Below are positions 8,983 through 17,440 of a stretch of 61,029 bases of DNA, in pieces. The notes beneath the pieces were generated by a model. That model searched no databases, had not been told where the DNA came from, and saw only the letters and a list, made by a program, of their open reading frames with translations. The stretch spans positions 1 through 61,029 of IMG/VR virus record IMGVR_UViG_3300045257_000102, one strand, 5' to 3'. Source of the DNA: a virus (lineage: Duplodnaviria > Caudoviricetes). Positions within the stretch are counted from its first letter, which is position 1; the number at the start of each line of letters is the position of its first letter. A program made the translations under genes and the position numbers.

Positions 8983-9278
8983 GCGACGAGCGGATTGAGG
9001 AGATGAGAAGAGCTGCGGAGCGTGGACAGTCGTGCTTTCCGAAGGATTTCGTTGCGCACAAGCTCGGCGCGATGATCCTGGAACTCTTAGCCGAGCGGGA
9101 ACAGACCAAGCCACGCGAGGAACCCAAGCCATGACTCAGACAGGACGACCGAAGCGGCCACGGAATGGGTGACGCGATGTTTCAATTGTGCGGCCAACCT
9201 GCTAGAATTAAACGAACCGGCGCGAAGGCTGTTACCCTCCGGCCGGTTCTAATCACAACGAACCCTAGGAGGTCCGTC

Positions 9279-9848
9279 ATGACTAAGCGCTATTCTAGCG
9301 ACACGTTGCCCCTGCTCCCACCTGAACAGAATGGCATCGTTTTCAGGAACGTCGGTGGACATCCGGGCTATGCGGTCAGCAATACCGGAGAAGTCCTGAC
9401 ATGCCTTGCGACTTCGCGTCTTGGACGATTTGGTTTCAGAAATTACTGGAAGCCGATGCGAACGTACATTTCCCATGGGTACAAGTGCCTAAAGATAAGG
9501 GGAATGGAGCGGACTAATTGCGCCATACATCGTCTGGTGCTCGAAGCGTTTGTCGGCCCATGTCCGAATGGATTCGAGGCGTGTCACAACGATGGCGACC
9601 GCCAGAACAACCGCCTTGAGAACTTACGGTGGGATACTCGCTCTGGAAATCATTCGGACAAAGAGCAACACGGAACGATGTTGCGAGGCGCAAGACACCC
9701 TAATGCAAAAATCACCTGGGAGATCGTCAGCGAGATTCGTAGGCGATCATTGAATGGAGAATCTCTTCTAAGATTGGCCCGCGAATTCGGAATTAGCAGG
9801 AGCAATGTGGGTTTGATTGCGGCGAGAAAGACATGGAATAAAGAATGA
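9279..9848 (+). CDS. NUMOD4-HNH homing endonuclease
   Basis: GYAVSNTG, IHRLVLEAFVGP, ACHNDGDRQNNRLENLRW, C-terminal HTH. Confidence 0.92.
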   Translation: MTKRYSSDTLPLLPPEQNGIVFRNVGGHPGYAVSNTGEVLTCLATSRLGRFGFRNYWKPMRTYISHGYKCLKIRGMERTNCAIHRLVLEAFVGPCPNGFEACHNDGDRQNNRLENLRWDTRSGNHSDKEQHGTMLRGARHPNAKITWEIVSEIRRRSLNGESLLRLAREFGISRSNVGLIAARKTWNKE

Positions 9849-10249
9849 GAGAGTCAAGAAAAGTGCTTGAACTGCCCGGTTCATTTAAGGCTAAGGCAGA
9901 ACAGCCCGATCTGGAGAGCGACTTCGAGCAGCTTTGGAAGCGCATGACTAAGAACTGGCCGATACCAGTACGGGAGTTTACATTCCACAAGACAAGGAAA
10001 TGGCGATTCGACTTCGCATGGACTCGGTGCCGGGTTGCCGTCGAGATTGAAGGCGCGATTCACTCACGCGGCCGTCACACGCGGGGCAAAGGCTATCAAG
10101 CGGACTTGGAAAAGTACAATGCGGCAACCGAAGCGGGCTGGGCGGTTCTTCGCTATAGCGCGACGGACTTGAAGAAATGGCCCATGTCGGTTATCGAGCA
10201 GATTCAAGCGGTGTTGTATCTCAAAGGCATTAAGCAGCACGGGCTTTGA
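9845..10249 (+). CDS. PD-(D/E)XK endonuclease (DUF559/Vsr-like; possible resolvase)
   Basis: EFTFH..RKWRFDFAW...VAVEIEG...D.EKYN.A...GW.VLR. Confidence 0.85.
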   Translation: MRESRKVLELPGSFKAKAEQPDLESDFEQLWKRMTKNWPIPVREFTFHKTRKWRFDFAWTRCRVAVEIEGAIHSRGRHTRGKGYQADLEKYNAATEAGWAVLRYSATDLKKWPMSVIEQIQAVLYLKGIKQHGL

Positions 10250-10273
10250 GGACCGACCGAAAGGAAAACGAGC

Positions 10274-11968
10274 ATGACCCAGCCCGACAAGTCCGCAATC
10301 AACGAACTCAATGAACTCGTCGAGATGCTACCCTGGCTCAAAGATTTTCAACAGCACTGGCAGGCTGGCACGGCCATCACTGGCGATGGTGTTGTTTGTA
10401 AAGCCGAGCCACCCGCAGCCGAGCGGCAGGAGACCACATCGCATAAGCCTTGTAAGAGATGTGGGAACTGGATTTATGAGTCGCTGAACGAAGAAGGAAT
10501 TTGCCCAGCGTGCGAAAAGCAGCTCTCCGAGCGGCAGGAGCAGCCGGCGGTGCGAAAGATCGACGCGGTTATGGAAGCCGTGCATGGGATCACCGAGCCG
10601 CCCGCCGCGCCCCAGCCGCTCAGCGTCGAGGAGGCGCGCCAGCGCGGAGTGTGTCGGATATGCGGTCGAACAACCTTATATCTTTCGACTGGTGTTAATT
10701 TCGGGGAGCAGGCTCACGTCGCGTGTCTCGACCGCGAGCGAGCGGCAGCCGAGCCGAACTGTGCGGTAGCCTGTCAAGCAGCTAAGGCTGACGGCATAAT
10801 CTGTCCAGATGACTCGTGCGACATTGAGGACGGGGTGAGAGCGGCAGCCGAGCCGCAGAAGATAGTTTCTGTAGTCTTGCCAAATGCCGAGGCGCTTTGT
10901 GCTGCTGGGCAAAAGGTGATGCAAGAGATGGCAACCGAGCCGCCCAGCGAGGGCGAGACGAAGCAAGTCGTGAAACTCAGCACGATCATTGCTGAACTCA
11001 ATGAGGACGTTGAGGCCAGTAAGGCGATGCGCCGTGTGGGTGCGAAGCTGGGCTTAATGCTCAACGAATACTATCGACGTGCCGAGCAAGCCGAACGCCA
11101 GCGGGACGAGGCACGGCGACAACTCGCGGCGGAAAAGCGGCGCGGCGAACAAGAAGTAAGAGAAGCCCAGAACGCAGGCAACGGTCTGTATGCCGAAATT
11201 ATCAAACGACTCAAACCGCTATTGGGAGATAAGAGCCGAGATCTAGACTGGGACGTGTTGCCTTCGACAATTGGCGGATTGGCGAAAGAGAACGCCGAAC
11301 TCAAGCAGCAACTCGCGGCGGAACAACTCGGACCTATGGGTGTGCTGCACGGTAAGAACATATCAGGCTGGTGGGAAGAAGCCACGCGACTCCAGGCCGA
11401 CAACGAGCGGCTGCGTGAGCGGATCGAGGAGATGCACGAATCCAATGCGAAGGCGGCTAAATGGAATGAGCAAGCCGACGACGGTTATCGGCGAGAGATC
11501 GAGCGACTTCGTGCGGCTGTGGCGGCGAGAGATGCTGAATTGCGATTATTGCCGATGCCCGCCGACGAGCTTCGTGATGGGCATGTTCTGCATATCGACG
11601 CTGGCACGGTACGCCGCTGTAAGGCCGCGACCGCCGACGACGCGGGCGACGAGATCGCGGCCGAGTTGGAGCGGCTGCGGAAAGAGAACGAATGTTTCAA
11701 GGAAGGTCTCGAACCTGGCAAAGCCAACGCGATCATTAACGGGATGTTCGAGTTAGCGCACCGATACGGACACCCGCGACATTCGGCCCGGCACGCGCTG
11801 ATATTCCTCAAGCAACAAATGGCAGCCTCGAAGGAGCGGATCGAGGCGTTGACCGAAGGCGTGAAAGAGATTCGTCGGTATATGCTAGAACATTATGCAA
11901 CCGATCATCCATGTTTTGAGATCGCCGAGCGGCTGCTGGCCGCACCACAAACCAAGGAGAAGCCATGA
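10274..11968 (+). CDS. mosaic coiled-coil protein with several Cys modules (Ead/Ea22-like position)
   Basis: CxxC modules, long heptad stretches, internal short DNA repeats. Confidence 0.65.
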   Translation: MTQPDKSAINELNELVEMLPWLKDFQQHWQAGTAITGDGVVCKAEPPAAERQETTSHKPCKRCGNWIYESLNEEGICPACEKQLSERQEQPAVRKIDAVMEAVHGITEPPAAPQPLSVEEARQRGVCRICGRTTLYLSTGVNFGEQAHVACLDRERAAAEPNCAVACQAAKADGIICPDDSCDIEDGVRAAAEPQKIVSVVLPNAEALCAAGQKVMQEMATEPPSEGETKQVVKLSTIIAELNEDVEASKAMRRVGAKLGLMLNEYYRRAEQAERQRDEARRQLAAEKRRGEQEVREAQNAGNGLYAEIIKRLKPLLGDKSRDLDWDVLPSTIGGLAKENAELKQQLAAEQLGPMGVLHGKNISGWWEEATRLQADNERLRERIEEMHESNAKAAKWNEQADDGYRREIERLRAAVAARDAELRLLPMPADELRDGHVLHIDAGTVRRCKAATADDAGDEIAAELERLRKENECFKEGLEPGKANAIINGMFELAHRYGHPRHSARHALIFLKQQMAASKERIEALTEGVKEIRRYMLEHYATDHPCFEIAERLLAAPQTKEKP

Positions 11969-12120
11969 CGATACATGACATCGAGCCTATCATAGTTGCT
12001 CTCGTGATTTTCGATTCGGTTAAATGGCTTATGCGCAAGATAGACCGTTACGCACAAGCGGCAAGCATGAAAGCCGAGCGGCTGCTGGCCGACGCACAAC
12101 CGCAGGAGGAGAGGCCATGA
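11965..12120 (+). CDS. small single-TM protein
   Basis: MTIHDIEPIIVALVIF...AERLLADAQPQEERP; ATGA overlaps at both ends (translated by hand). Confidence 0.5.
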   Translation: MTIHDIEPIIVALVIFDSVKWLMRKIDRYAQAASMKAERLLADAQPQEERP

Positions 12121-12398
12121 AGGTGAGTGACGAACGGCTGGCGGAACTACAAAAGAAGTATGCGGCCCTAAATCCAGCACTTGACAGAGACTCTTACGGA
12201 ACAAGAGCGGATACTTGCATCGCGCTTGCGGAACTTCGCGAGCGCCGCGCCGCCGAGGCGAAGGACGCGAAGCTGCTTGCGGCAATCGTGTCAGCATATA
12301 AGAGCGCACGTAAAGAGTTTTGCGATGAGGAATCATGGGCGGCATTCTCAGATCAGTTGCAGCAAGCCGCCCGCGATGCTGGCGTCTCTCTCGACTGA
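12117..12398 (+). CDS. hypothetical protein
   Basis: ggaggag RBS; MKVSDERL start. Confidence 0.55.
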   Translation: MKVSDERLAELQKKYAALNPALDRDSYGTRADTCIALAELRERRAAEAKDAKLLAAIVSAYKSARKEFCDEESWAAFSDQLQQAARDAGVSLD

Positions 12399-12433
12399 CG
12401 AACACGCAAAGGACGGAAGGGACGCACGCACGG

Positions 12434-12649
12434 ATGCACCAAATCACAGCGACTTTCCGCCTTGGCGAGACGCGAGATGTCGAGATTGACGGGATTGCGC
12501 TGGCTGTGACGGTGTTTCACGGAAGGCGTGGGCAGGTGAAGATTATGCTGCGGTCCAAGGATGGGAGCCAGTTGCGGGTGATGAAGGCGAAGGCGTATCG
12601 ACCCCCGAATGACCGCGAAGATATTGACAAATCGAGCGGTGCGGCGTAG
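12434..12649 (+). CDS. divergent CsrA/RsmA-like RNA-binding protein
   Basis: RLGET..I...I..TV....GQVKI pattern; four ANGGA motifs immediately upstream. Confidence 0.5.
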   Translation: MHQITATFRLGETRDVEIDGIALAVTVFHGRRGQVKIMLRSKDGSQLRVMKAKAYRPPNDREDIDKSSGAA

Positions 12650-12652
12650 GTT
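12624..12652 (+). promoter_or_regulatory. sigma70-type promoter (candidate late promoter)
   Basis: TTGACA-17 nt-TAGGTT, overlapped by the hairpin ggttcaaggg/cccttgaacc. Confidence 0.65.
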
Positions 12653-12737
12653 CAAGGGCAGTCAGACATTCCCTTGAACCGATTTGCGAGTCACCATTTT
12701 TCTTAGAAGCGGGTAGGGGAAACCCGGACCCGCCAGG

Positions 12738-12806
12738 ACCAGTGAGAAACGGTTTCCAGTCGGTCTCATAAGCCGACCTCCGCAGGTTCGACTCCTGCCG
12801 CTGGCA
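12738..12806 (+). tRNA. tRNA-Met(CAT)-like with shortened D-arm
   Basis: acceptor accagtg/cgctggc, anticodon arm gtcggt-CTCATAA-gccgac, T-arm gcagg-TTCGACT-cctgc; no encoded CCA. Confidence 0.7.
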
Positions 12807-13013
12807 TTTGCGACCGATCCTAGGTTCCTGGCCTCTCATGGGGCTGGCGGTCGCAACCAACAACCTGAATCGGCGTTCTCTGCCGTCGCGGAAATCCGCG
12901 TTTAGAGTCGTTCCCTGACTCTGAGCGCGGATTTTCGAATTTTGAAATGGAGACAAAACAACCCGGTCGTTGAAGCGGCCGGGTCTAACCACGATTCCTG
13001 AGAAGGAGAAATC

Positions 13014-13532
13014 ATGGCTGCCGAGATTTTAACGGATGAATCGAATGCTGTCCAAGTTGAGCTTAGTCGCGGGATGTACGCAACAATCGACGCGGCCGAC
13101 CTGTCGATAGTCGAGCCGTACCGATGGATGACGATTGTGCACACGAGGGGGCGAAGGAGAAGTTTTTATGCTGGGTCGAATCTCGGAAAAGAAGGCATGT
13201 TGCTGATGCACCGACTAATCCTGTCGGCACCAGATGGCATGGAGATTGACCATCGAGATCACGACGGTCTCAACAATCGACGAACCAATTTAAGGCTGGC
13301 GACTCACGCACAAAATCTATTCAACAAAAGACCACAAAAAGGACGTGCTTCGTGGTTCAAAGGCGTAATGAGGAGCGAGAACGTAAATCGACCTTGGACA
13401 GCAATAATCACCCTGAATGGAAAACACCGCCGCCTCGGAACTCACCTGACCGAAGAAGAAGCTGCCGTGGCTTACGACGGAGCGGCTGCTGAATTGTTCG
13501 GCGAATTCGCATATCTGAACTTTCCAACCTAA
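13014..13532 (+). CDS. HNH-AP2 homing endonuclease
   Basis: MHRLI...IDHRDHDGLNNRRTNLR, FKGV, AAxAYDxAAxELFGEFAYLNF. Confidence 0.93.
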   Translation: MAAEILTDESNAVQVELSRGMYATIDAADLSIVEPYRWMTIVHTRGRRRSFYAGSNLGKEGMLLMHRLILSAPDGMEIDHRDHDGLNNRRTNLRLATHAQNLFNKRPQKGRASWFKGVMRSENVNRPWTAIITLNGKHRRLGTHLTEEEAAVAYDGAAAELFGEFAYLNFPT

Positions 13533-13557
13533 CACGTCTCGCACAGGAGAACCAAAG

Positions 13558-13920
13558 ATGACCTTGTTGCAAATCCTCCAAACTCTGCTCGCCAACATCG
13601 GCAAGGCCCCGGCAATCCTCGCATTCATTCAAGCCCTGATCGCGGCGTTCAACACCCTACTCGCCGCCTTGGGCCAGACGCCTCCGCCAGCCATCGCCCA
13701 CGCGGCCGGCTCGCCGGAAGCCCTAGCGATTGACCAGCTCGCCGCAGCTCTGAAATCGCACGGCACGGCCGAAGCGAAGGTGTTCGGCGACGGAACGATT
13801 CTCAAGACGCTGTTCGGGTTGTTTGGCGGTTTGCTCTCGAATCCTACTTTCGGCCCGATCATCGCGGGACTATTGCAAAAGCTGCTGGGCGGCTTCCTGA
13901 ATCCGGTTCCGACACCCTAA
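13558..13920 (+). CDS. amphipathic/hydrophobic helical protein (holin-like or membrane-active)
   Basis: Leu/Ile/Ala-rich helices, aggag RBS, first non-mobile gene after the promoter/tRNA. Confidence 0.55.
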   Translation: MTLLQILQTLLANIGKAPAILAFIQALIAAFNTLLAALGQTPPPAIAHAAGSPEALAIDQLAAALKSHGTAEAKVFGDGTILKTLFGLFGGLLSNPTFGPIIAGLLQKLLGGFLNPVPTP

Positions 13921-14253
13921 CCCTGGAGGTTGTGGTGGCACAAACCCCAGACGACATCTGGCAATCGCGAACCGACGAAGCGATTGCACAGCTTCAGGTT
14001 GACGTTGAGCTGCTCAAGCGGCAGATGGCCGAGATCATGGAAGCGCTACAAAAGCTCGCGGGAGGAAAGACGCCATGAAGATGAGCGAATTTGTTGAGGT
14101 TCTGAAGCATTACGCGCCGCCGTTCTCCACGGAAGATCCAGAACTTTATGCGGACGGCAAAGAGGTAATGAGCATCGCCGTGACTCAGGAAACGAAATCC
14201 GGCGCCCTGCAAATCGAGTTCAACACGAAGGCCGCCGAATAAATGGAGTTGCG

Positions 14254-15909
14254 ATGCCGCTCGATAAGACTCAGACGATTACCGTCTCGCTGTTTCTAAA
14301 GCCGATGACGCCAATCGCGCCGCCGGTCGCCGGCGCGCCGCCAATGGACGCGGAGACGTTCGCCGCTCAGCATTCTGCCGACCCAGCGGACATCGAGAAC
14401 ATCAAGCAAATGGCCGCTGCCAAGGGCCTTACCGTCGAAGGCGTTCATCCCGTCCAGCGGATCGTCAACGTCTCAGGCACGATCGACCAGCTCGAAGCGG
14501 CCTTTGGCGCCGAGGTCGAACAGCGCCCGACGCCCCAGGGTGAGCATCGCTTCCTCGCACGAGCAGCCGATCCGATGCCGCACTTGGGCATCGTGAAGAC
14601 GCTGGGATGGGAGTCGGCGCCGTTTGCGCAGCCGCACTTTCGCAGGCGACACAAGCACGCCGGAGCCGGTATCAGAGCCGAAGGGGTTGAACCGCACGCA
14701 ATGAAGCCGCTCGGGCCAGTCGCTACGGCTAAGCTCTACGGCGTCACGACGCGCCCCGCAGGAATCTACCGGACCTGTCACGGCTCGATCCTCTGTCTCG
14801 GCGGCGGCTATACGGCCAGCGATGTTGCCGCAAGCTGCCAGCTCAACGCAATCCCGGTTCCGACGATCATCGACGAATCTGTCCTCGGGGCCACCAATGC
14901 CCCTGGAAACGACGCCGATGTGGAGTTGATGCTGGACATCATCCAGCAGGCTGGGGCGTACTACGCACGCACAGGGAAGGCACAGACTATCCACGTCATT
15001 TTCACGCCGAATACCGACGCCGGTTATGTCGGCGGCTGCTCTTTCGCGGCTCACCTAGCAAACATGGCGGCCATGTCAACGTCGTGGGGGTCGCCAGAGA
15101 ACAACTGGTCCCAATCGGCCAGCACGTTTGATTCGACGGCCAAGGGCGCGGCCACGCTCGGCGTGACGTTTACTGCGGCAAGCGGCGATGGCGGTTCGAC
15201 AGACGGAACCGGCTCGAACGTCGTGGACTTCCCGGCGGCTTCGCCCTATGTGCTTGGCATGGGCGGAACGAACCTGAGCGATGTCGGCGAAGTCGTTTGG
15301 AACGATCCTGGCGGCGGGGCCGGCGGTGGCGGATTCTCACAAGTTGAGACTCCGCAGCCGCCTTGGCAGAGCGACTACCCGGCGACGGGCGGCCGCTGCG
15401 TACCGGACTTGGCGGCGAACTCGGCTCCGGCGACGTGCGGAACAATCGTCGTGCAGGGCCAGCACCTCGATATAGGCGGTACGTCTGCCGCTGCGCCTTG
15501 GATGGCCGGCATGATTTGCGCCCTGTCGGAAGAGTTGCCGCACAATATCGGCTATCTCAATCCGCTGCTAAAGATGATGCCGGCGACGTGCTTTGAGGAC
15601 ATCGTTCGCGGGGATAACGGCGGCTACAGCGCGAAGCCGGGTCCGGACCTGTGCACGGGCCGTGGATCTCCGCGACCGCTCGAGATGCTCAAGGCGCTCG
15701 GCGGGGCAATTGTAATTGATCCGCCTCCTCCTCCACCACCACCGCCGCCTCCCACCCTGACCGTCGCACAATTCCAAGCCAATCTCCGCGTGAGTGCCCG
15801 CAAGAAATACGCGGATGACTTGAAAAAAGAGAGTCGCATCGAGCATTGGACCAACGGCTATTACGCGCTCTTGACGGATAACATTATCGCTTCGGAGCCG
15901 ACCACGTGA
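14254..15909 (+). CDS. S53 family serine peptidase (sedolisin/kumamolisin) with pro-domain
   Basis: pro-domain, ELMLD (catalytic Glu/Asp), SWG, ASGDGG, PAASPYV, VPDLAAN, GGTSAAAP (catalytic Ser), Ca-site GPDLCTGRGSP, poly-Pro linker. Confidence 0.93.
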   Translation: MPLDKTQTITVSLFLKPMTPIAPPVAGAPPMDAETFAAQHSADPADIENIKQMAAAKGLTVEGVHPVQRIVNVSGTIDQLEAAFGAEVEQRPTPQGEHRFLARAADPMPHLGIVKTLGWESAPFAQPHFRRRHKHAGAGIRAEGVEPHAMKPLGPVATAKLYGVTTRPAGIYRTCHGSILCLGGGYTASDVAASCQLNAIPVPTIIDESVLGATNAPGNDADVELMLDIIQQAGAYYARTGKAQTIHVIFTPNTDAGYVGGCSFAAHLANMAAMSTSWGSPENNWSQSASTFDSTAKGAATLGVTFTAASGDGGSTDGTGSNVVDFPAASPYVLGMGGTNLSDVGEVVWNDPGGGAGGGGFSQVETPQPPWQSDYPATGGRCVPDLAANSAPATCGTIVVQGQHLDIGGTSAAAPWMAGMICALSEELPHNIGYLNPLLKMMPATCFEDIVRGDNGGYSAKPGPDLCTGRGSPRPLEMLKALGGAIVIDPPPPPPPPPPPTLTVAQFQANLRVSARKKYADDLKKESRIEHWTNGYYALLTDNIIASEPTT

Positions 15910-16010
15910 CTTGGGATTGGGCCAGCTTTGCAATCGGTCTTACGGCGGGAATCCTCTGCACTGTTGGAGCATATGTGATCGCGGCTTATCTCATTTTTGG
16001 CAGGGACTAG
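15906..16010 (+). CDS. single-TM micropeptide (34 aa)
   Basis: MTWDWASFAIGLTAGILCTVGAYVIAAYLIFGRD; GTGA overlap with the S53 stop. Confidence 0.6.
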   Translation: MTWDWASFAIGLTAGILCTVGAYVIAAYLIFGRD

Positions 16011-16017
16011 GTGACTC

Positions 16018-16338
16018 ATGGACCCTCTTGCTGCATTTTTTATCGGTGCTGTCCTTGGCGGTGTGCTGGCCTACGTGGCGGGAACTCTTCTCGCAAGCGA
16101 TTCGAGTAGCGAACTCAAGTCGGCTCAGGAGCGAATCCTCGACCTGGAAAAGCAGCGCGACGAACTCACAGCCGAGACTCAGCAGGCCCATGAGCTGATC
16201 GCTCAGGTTAAAGATGCTGCGTCGAAGGACCACGACATCGCGGCGAGCTCACAATCGGAAACAGCGCGGCTGCTGGCGAAGTACGAGCCGCCGAAACGCT
16301 CGCACCACAAAAGCAAGGAGCGTGGAGGCTCAGGCTGA
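16018..16338 (+). CDS. N-terminal TM + coiled-coil protein (inner-spanin-like topology)
   Basis: hydrophobic N-terminus followed by heptads. Confidence 0.6.
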   Translation: MDPLAAFFIGAVLGGVLAYVAGTLLASDSSSELKSAQERILDLEKQRDELTAETQQAHELIAQVKDAASKDHDIAASSQSETARLLAKYEPPKRSHHKSKERGGSG

Positions 16339-16457
16339 TGACTTGGGACTGGGCTACTTTTGCGATCGGTTGCGTGGTTGGGCCAGTTTTACTCCTATTC
16401 GTGTTTCCATTCCTATATGTCGTCTTGCTGGTTGTGATGGGTAAGGGAGACCAATGA
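16338..16457 (+). CDS. single-TM micropeptide (39 aa), paralog of 15906-16010
   Basis: MTWDWATFAIGCVVGPVLLLFVF...; TGATG coupling. Confidence 0.6.
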   Translation: MTWDWATFAIGCVVGPVLLLFVFPFLYVVLLVVMGKGDQ

Positions 16458-16567
16458 TGAGCGGGCATATCGGCGAACTAATCATGGACGTGGTTCTCTG
16501 GTCGCTGGCAGTCGGCTTGATTGCGTTTGTCGTGGTTTGCGCGGTGAGGGTGCTGGGGAGCGTTTAA
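16454..16567 (+). CDS. single-TM micropeptide (37 aa)
   Basis: MMSGHIGELIMDVVLWSLAVGLIAFVVVCAVRVLGSV; ATGA coupling. Confidence 0.5.
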   Translation: MMSGHIGELIMDVVLWSLAVGLIAFVVVCAVRVLGSV

Positions 16568-16569
16568 CC

Positions 16570-16770
16570 GTGAGTACGAACGACTACGGACCACCGCAAT
16601 GCGGCTACTGCGGAGCGTATCACGTCGGAATATGTCCTCGCATCGAAGAGATCGAAAGGTATCCAGACGGAACCGCAAAGCGAATTAAGTTCCGACCGCA
16701 GGGAAACGATGCTCAGACGATCGAATTCAACTTCTCGAAAGAATTTCATTCAGCGCCGTACTACGGTTGA
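16570..16770 (+). CDS. small conserved phage Zn-binding protein
   Basis: CGYCG..H...CPRI..IE.YPDG..KRIKF. Confidence 0.6.
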   Translation: MSTNDYGPPQCGYCGAYHVGICPRIEEIERYPDGTAKRIKFRPQGNDAQTIEFNFSKEFHSAPYYG

Positions 16771-16776
16771 ATTTCC

Positions 16777-17046
16777 GTGACCGACCCCGAAATAGAAGTC
16801 GAAGCGAAACGTCTACTGGCTCGCGGTATGACTCAGCGGGAAGTGGCGCGGCGATGCCATCTAGGGCGCGGAACTGTCCAGCGGATCGACCGAGGGGAAC
16901 CGTTGAAACAAGACGGACATACGACGAGGAACGGGGAGTTTGCACTCGTAGGAATTTGGCGTTGCCCATCATGTGGCGGCCGGATCAAAACTCGCAAATG
17001 TCTGGCGTGCGGAATTAGGAAGCCGCGAACGACGGTAGTTGTATGA
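16777..17046 (+). CDS. HTH + zinc-ribbon DNA-binding protein
   Basis: GMTQREVARRCHLGRGTVQRI; RCPSCG...CLAC. Confidence 0.75.
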   Translation: MTDPEIEVEAKRLLARGMTQREVARRCHLGRGTVQRIDRGEPLKQDGHTTRNGEFALVGIWRCPSCGGRIKTRKCLACGIRKPRTTVVV

Positions 17047-17170
17047 TGGGACCATTTGCCCTACTTGACTGGATCGTGCTGAAGCTGTGGCAGGCGATTA
17101 CGTTCCTGCCGCTCGTGTGGATGGCGGCGCATAAGCCGGGAGCGGAACAGTTCGGCGAGGATTTGAAGCG

Positions 17171-17440
17171 ATGAAGTTCCGAAAAAAACCAATCGTAGTC
17201 GAGGCCGAGCAATACTGCGGCCCGGAAACAATCTATATCGAGGCCGAGAAACCGGTGCTTCCGAGTGGTGTTGAATGGTCATTCTGCGGCGGTCAAGATT
17301 TTCGATTGTGGCCAGCCATCACCACACTTGAAGGCAAAATGATCGTCAGTCCGAATGATTGGGTAATTACTGGCGTCAAAGGCGAAGTCTATCCGTGTAA
17401 GCCGGATATTTTCGAGGCGACTTACGAAGCGGCCGAATGA
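17171..17440 (+). CDS. conserved phage protein (PGDYG-like)
   Basis: MKFRKKPIVVEA...DWVITGVKGEVYPCKPDIFEATYE. Confidence 0.85.
   Translation: MKFRKKPIVVEAEQYCGPETIYIEAEKPVLPSGVEWSFCGGQDFRLWPAITTLEGKMIVSPNDWVITGVKGEVYPCKPDIFEATYEAAE

Noticed and set aside
9279-13532. Group I introns or inteins around the HNH genes
   Set aside because: The endonucleases are intergenic and no flanking gene appears split
15721-15753. CCN repeat as a contingency locus
   Set aside because: Mixed proline codons encode a poly-Pro linker and are not a pure slippage tract
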